From Dictyostelium discoideum (lineage: Eukaryota), in the NCBI GenBank assembly GCA_000004695.1, contig CM000152.2:3872001-3936000 (forward strand): a stretch of 64,000 bases of DNA, in the 5' to 3' direction. The notes under the pieces are model-generated. The model did not search any database. It saw only the letters and a list, made by a program, of their open reading frames with translations, and was not told the origin of the DNA. A program made the translations under genes and the position numbers. Shown one piece after another: positions 60,629 to 64,000 of the stretch. Position 1 is the stretch's first letter, and every line of letters begins with the position of its first letter.

Positions 60629-61474
60629 AATATTTAAAAATTATAAAATATATGCTCAAAATTACTATAAATGTAATACTTTATTTAATATAAAAATGGT
60701 GAATTACTAAAAATGTTTTAAATAAATTAATTTTTTTAATAATTTGTTTTTTTTTTTTTCTAAATCTTTTTTTTATATTAAATTAATTTTTATCCATATA
60801 TAAACAAATTAAACCAAATTGAACTCTTTTGTGATGAGTTATTAAAATTTAATTTTCAATGATGATTTAAAAAAAGTGATTTATTGTTTACATCAATTTA
60901 TGACCTTATTTTTTTAATTTGATTTATTTATATTTTTAATTACTATTTTATTCTGATAGTTTTAAAGATTATTTTCATTCCATATATATGTAAAATTAAT
61001 GATATAAAAAAAGAATTGTAAGTTGGTAAAAGTTATTTTTTTAACAGTTAGTGGTATTGTCATAAACGATCTTATTTTTTTTTTTCCCACAGTAAATTAT
61101 ATTTTTTTAATATATGTGGGTTGGGGGTATTATATTGCGATAATTGTTTTAATCTTACACTATAATTATTATTTTAATTTTATTATTATTTTTTTTAATT
61201 TAATAATTCTATTAATGAATAAACTGTTAAAAAAAGTATTATCATCTAATAAAAACACAAAACAAATAATATTAATTATTAAAATTTAATGTCAAACTTT
61301 ACATTATACTTTTTTGGTTAAATTACAAATTATTATTTATTGAAAATAGGTGATTTATTTTTTAAGGGTTTTTTTTTAAAAAAAAGCTATAAATAAAAAA
61401 AAAATAAAAAAAAAGAATTATTAATCATTAATCAGTAAAATATTAAATAATAAATTATAAAACTAAAAAATAAA

Positions 61475-61849
61475 ATGACACTTTTTTGTAAGGATTTATT
61501 TAATAATTTTAAGTTTATAAAAAAAAAAAAAAAAAGAAAACTAATTAATTTAAATTAAAAATTATAAGCATCAATCTCATCAATTTCAAATCCAATGACA
61601 AGTTCAAAATCCAGTATTGCATCATTTGGTAGTGGAACAAGTATGAGTTCAAATTCAAATGCCTGTGGCGGTGGTTGTGGAGGTGGAAATGGTGGTATTC
61701 TTGGTTTAGGTTTAGGTTTAGGATTAAATTTGTTTGGAGGTTCTAGATCAAGAGGTGCTTGTGGTGGTAATAATGGTGGATCTGGCAATCCTGGTAATGG
61801 TCCATTTTCAGGAGGCTCTTGTTGCGGAAGTCCATGTTGTGGTATTTAA
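61475..61849 (+). CDS. hssA/2C/7E-family protein, plus-strand copy (exon 1 at 61475-61487, exon 2 at 61569-61849)
   Basis: Exon 1 is ATGACACTTTTTT|GTAAGG. The acceptor ATTATAAG joins in frame to ORF 61595..61849. The minus-strand Pro-rich ORF 61555..61788 is its antisense artefact. Confidence 0.7.
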
Positions 61850-62449
61850 ATTATTAAAAAATTATAAAATATATGTTCAACATTACTATAAATGTAATAC
61901 TACTTTATTTAAAAATTGGCGAATTTCCAATTATATTAAAAAACAAAAATAAATAAAATCTTTTTATTTTTAAAAATTTTGTTTTAATTATCACAATACT
62001 GTTATTTTACAAAATGAAATAACTTTTTTGTTGGCATTGTTATAATGATTTTATTTTTTAAAACACCAAAAATTCTTTTTTTTATTTTATTATTGGGGTG
62101 GGGTGTGGGTTTTAGATTGTTAATGATAATCATTATCGTTTTTATTATTTAAAAATATTAAAATTAATTTTATAATTAATGAAAATTTTTTTTAATTTTC
62201 TAATAAATATATAAATTGTATAAAAAAGTATATTCATCTAATATAAAACCTGAAATGTAGAATATTAATTATTTTAATTTTTAGTTTAACTTTTTGACAT
62301 TATACTTTTTAGATATATTACAATAATTTTTATTTTAAAAAAGTGATTTATTTTTGCAATCCTTTAAAATAAGCTATAAATAAAATTTTTAATTTTAAAT
62401 ATTCTTCATCACTCATTAGTTAATTATTAAATTATAAATCAATAATAAA

Positions 62450-62822
62450 ATGACACTTTTTTGTAAGGACTTAATATTATTTAATAATTTATAGTTCTTA
62501 TAAAAAAATGAATACTAATAAATTTATAATTATTAATAGCATCAATCTCATCAATTTCAAATCCAATGACAAGCTCAAAATCCAGTATCCAATCATTTGG
62601 TAGTGGAACAAGTATGGGTTCAAATTCAATTGCATGTGGTGGTGAATGTCGAAGTGGGGTGGTATTCTTGGTATAGGATTAGGTTTAAGTATAGGATTAG
62701 GTTTTGGATTAGGTTTAACAGGGGGTTCTAGATCAAGAGGTGCTTGTGGTGGTAATAATGGTGTATCTGGAAATAATGGTAATGGAAGTATGGGAGGAAA
62801 TGGTTCATTTTGTGGTATTTAA
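62450..62822 (+). pseudogene. hssA/2C/7E-family copy with a frameshift (exon 1 at 62450-62462, exon 2 from 62540)
   Basis: Exon 1 and the acceptor are intact. A deletion inside the [12 protein letters not shown]-coding segment (here TGTCGAAGTGGGGTGGTATTCTTGG) brings a TAG into frame after ...[13 protein letters not shown]. The downstream Gly-rich tail (...GSMGGNGSFCGI*) is readable only in another frame. No ORF of 60 aa or more survives. Confidence 0.6.
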
Positions 62823-63485
62823 AATATTTAAAAATTATAAAATATATTCACAATTACTATAAATGTAGTAAACTTTAAAAATTGGAGAATTTCCAATTAA
62901 ATTTTAAAAAATAAAAATAAATAAATTTTATTATCAAAATACTATTATTATAACAAAATGAAATTTAACTATTGTTTAGTTTTTTTATTTTCTGACTAAT
63001 GATTCATAAAATCTCAAGTTTACTTTCATTCCTTCAATTTTTAAAATTAACTAGTTAAAATTCAATTTAAATGTTGATGGTATTGTTAAATTTGATTTTA
63101 GTTTAATTTTTTTAACCACTAAAAAATTCTTTTTTTTTTTTTTTTGTATTTAATAATTGTGGTGGGGTGGGGTTTTATATAATAATGATAATCGTTATCG
63201 TTTTTATTATTTTTAAAAATTAAAATTGATTTTATCATTTATAAAAATAATAACATCATTTTTCTAATAATGAATATACTATTAAAAAAGTATATTTGTT
63301 TAAAAAATACACATGAAACGTAGAATATTAATTATTATAATTTTACTTTTACTTTTTGACTTTATTTTGGCATTATGAACATTTCCCCAAAAAAAAAAGC
63401 TATAAATAAAAAAAAAAAAAAAAAAAATTAAATTTTTATAATCACTCATCAGTAAACTATTAAATTAAAAATCATCAAAAAATAA

Positions 63486-63880
63486 AATGACACTATTTGG
63501 TAAGTACTTATTTTATAATTTATATTTGAAGGGAAAAAAAAAAAAAAAAAAAAAAAAACTAGGAAACAAGGAAACTAATTAATTAATAAATATTAAAAGC
63601 ATCAATCTCATCAATTTCAAATCCATCAACAAGTTCAAAATCCAGTATCGTATCATTTGGTAGTGGAACAAGTATGGGTTCAAATTCAATTGCATGTGGT
63701 GGTTGTGGAGGTGGAAGTGGTGGTATTCTTGGTTCAGGTTTAGGTTTTGGTTTAGGATTAGGATTAAATTTAAGTGGAGGCTTTAGATCAAGAGGTGCAT
63801 GTCGTGGTAATAATGGTGGTTCTGGCTATCCTGGTAATGGAGGTATGGGTGGAGGAAATGGTTCATGTTGTGGTATTTAA
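63486..63880 (+). CDS. hssA/2C/7E-family protein, plus-strand copy (exon 1 at 63486-63498, exon 2 at 63600-63880)
   Basis: Exon 1 is ATGACACTATTTG|GTAAGT. The acceptor ATTAAAAG joins in frame to ORF 63674..63880. The product is [27 protein letters not shown]... Confidence 0.65.
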
Positions 63881-64000
63881 AATATTATAAATTACTATAA
63901 ATATAATAATACTTTATTAAAAATAAAAATGGTGAATTACCAATTATGTTAAAAACAAAACAAATATTTTTTTTAAATTAGGTTTTTTATAAATTAATCT

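Larger units (their letters stand above)
56566..63880 (+). repeat. Plus-strand tandem array of hssA-family gene units (1.0-1.3 kb each), in inverted orientation relative to the 17.7-31.3 kb array
   Basis: Seven units share exon 1, intron, a TATA box (GCTATAAATA), an upstream GGTTAAATTACAA motif and a 3' hairpin element. Confidence 0.8.

Overview
This 64-kb window reads as Dictyostelium discoideum-type nuclear DNA and is gene-dense. It is extremely AT-rich, coding regions carry CAA/AAT-type poly-Q and poly-N microsatellites, and introns are short with GTAAGT/GTATGT donors and (T)nAG acceptors. Several features mark it as an unfinished assembly: one 100-N gap, a single N, and possibly an in-frame TAA in a kinase gene. 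All gene models below were built by eye from the ORF track plus splice-site reading; domain calls rest on recalled motifs, not searches.

Main features:
- About 18 conventional protein-coding genes: a partial GPI-anchored-type surface protein; an SF2 DExH helicase; two paralogous small membrane proteins; a PX-domain protein with a P-loop and long polyQ; a mini ankyrin protein; an NPR3/NPRL3-like protein; an F-box/TBC RabGAP; a PKB/Akt-like PH-AGC kinase carrying an in-frame TAA; a PNP/UDP-family phosphorylase; a RING finger protein; Hop2/TBPIP; a coiled-coil protein; ERGIC3/Erv46; an Mps1/TTK kinase; an MDR oxidoreductase.
- Three tRNA genes: a tandem pair of tRNA-Gly(GCC) and one tRNA-Glu(UUC), each with a B-box-like element downstream.
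- Two inverted arrays of hssA/2C/7E-family genes encoding small Gly/Ser/Cys-rich proteins. Eight copies lie on the minus strand at 17.7-31.3 kb and seven on the plus strand at 56.5-63.9 kb, one of them frameshifted. Every copy has a 13-nt first exon (ATGACNCTNTTTN), a 70-100-nt intron, and conserved promoter and 3'-UTR elements.

The most unusual element is a 2-kb intron-less ORF (26059-28113) sitting in an enlarged spacer of the minus-strand hssA array. Its body has roughly twice the GC content of its surroundings and uses codons rare in Dictyostelium. It ends in an M23 (LytM/lysostaphin-type) metallopeptidase domain with HxGxD and HxH motifs. It looks like a horizontally acquired bacterial or phage gene fused to a host-like poly-N/Y leader.
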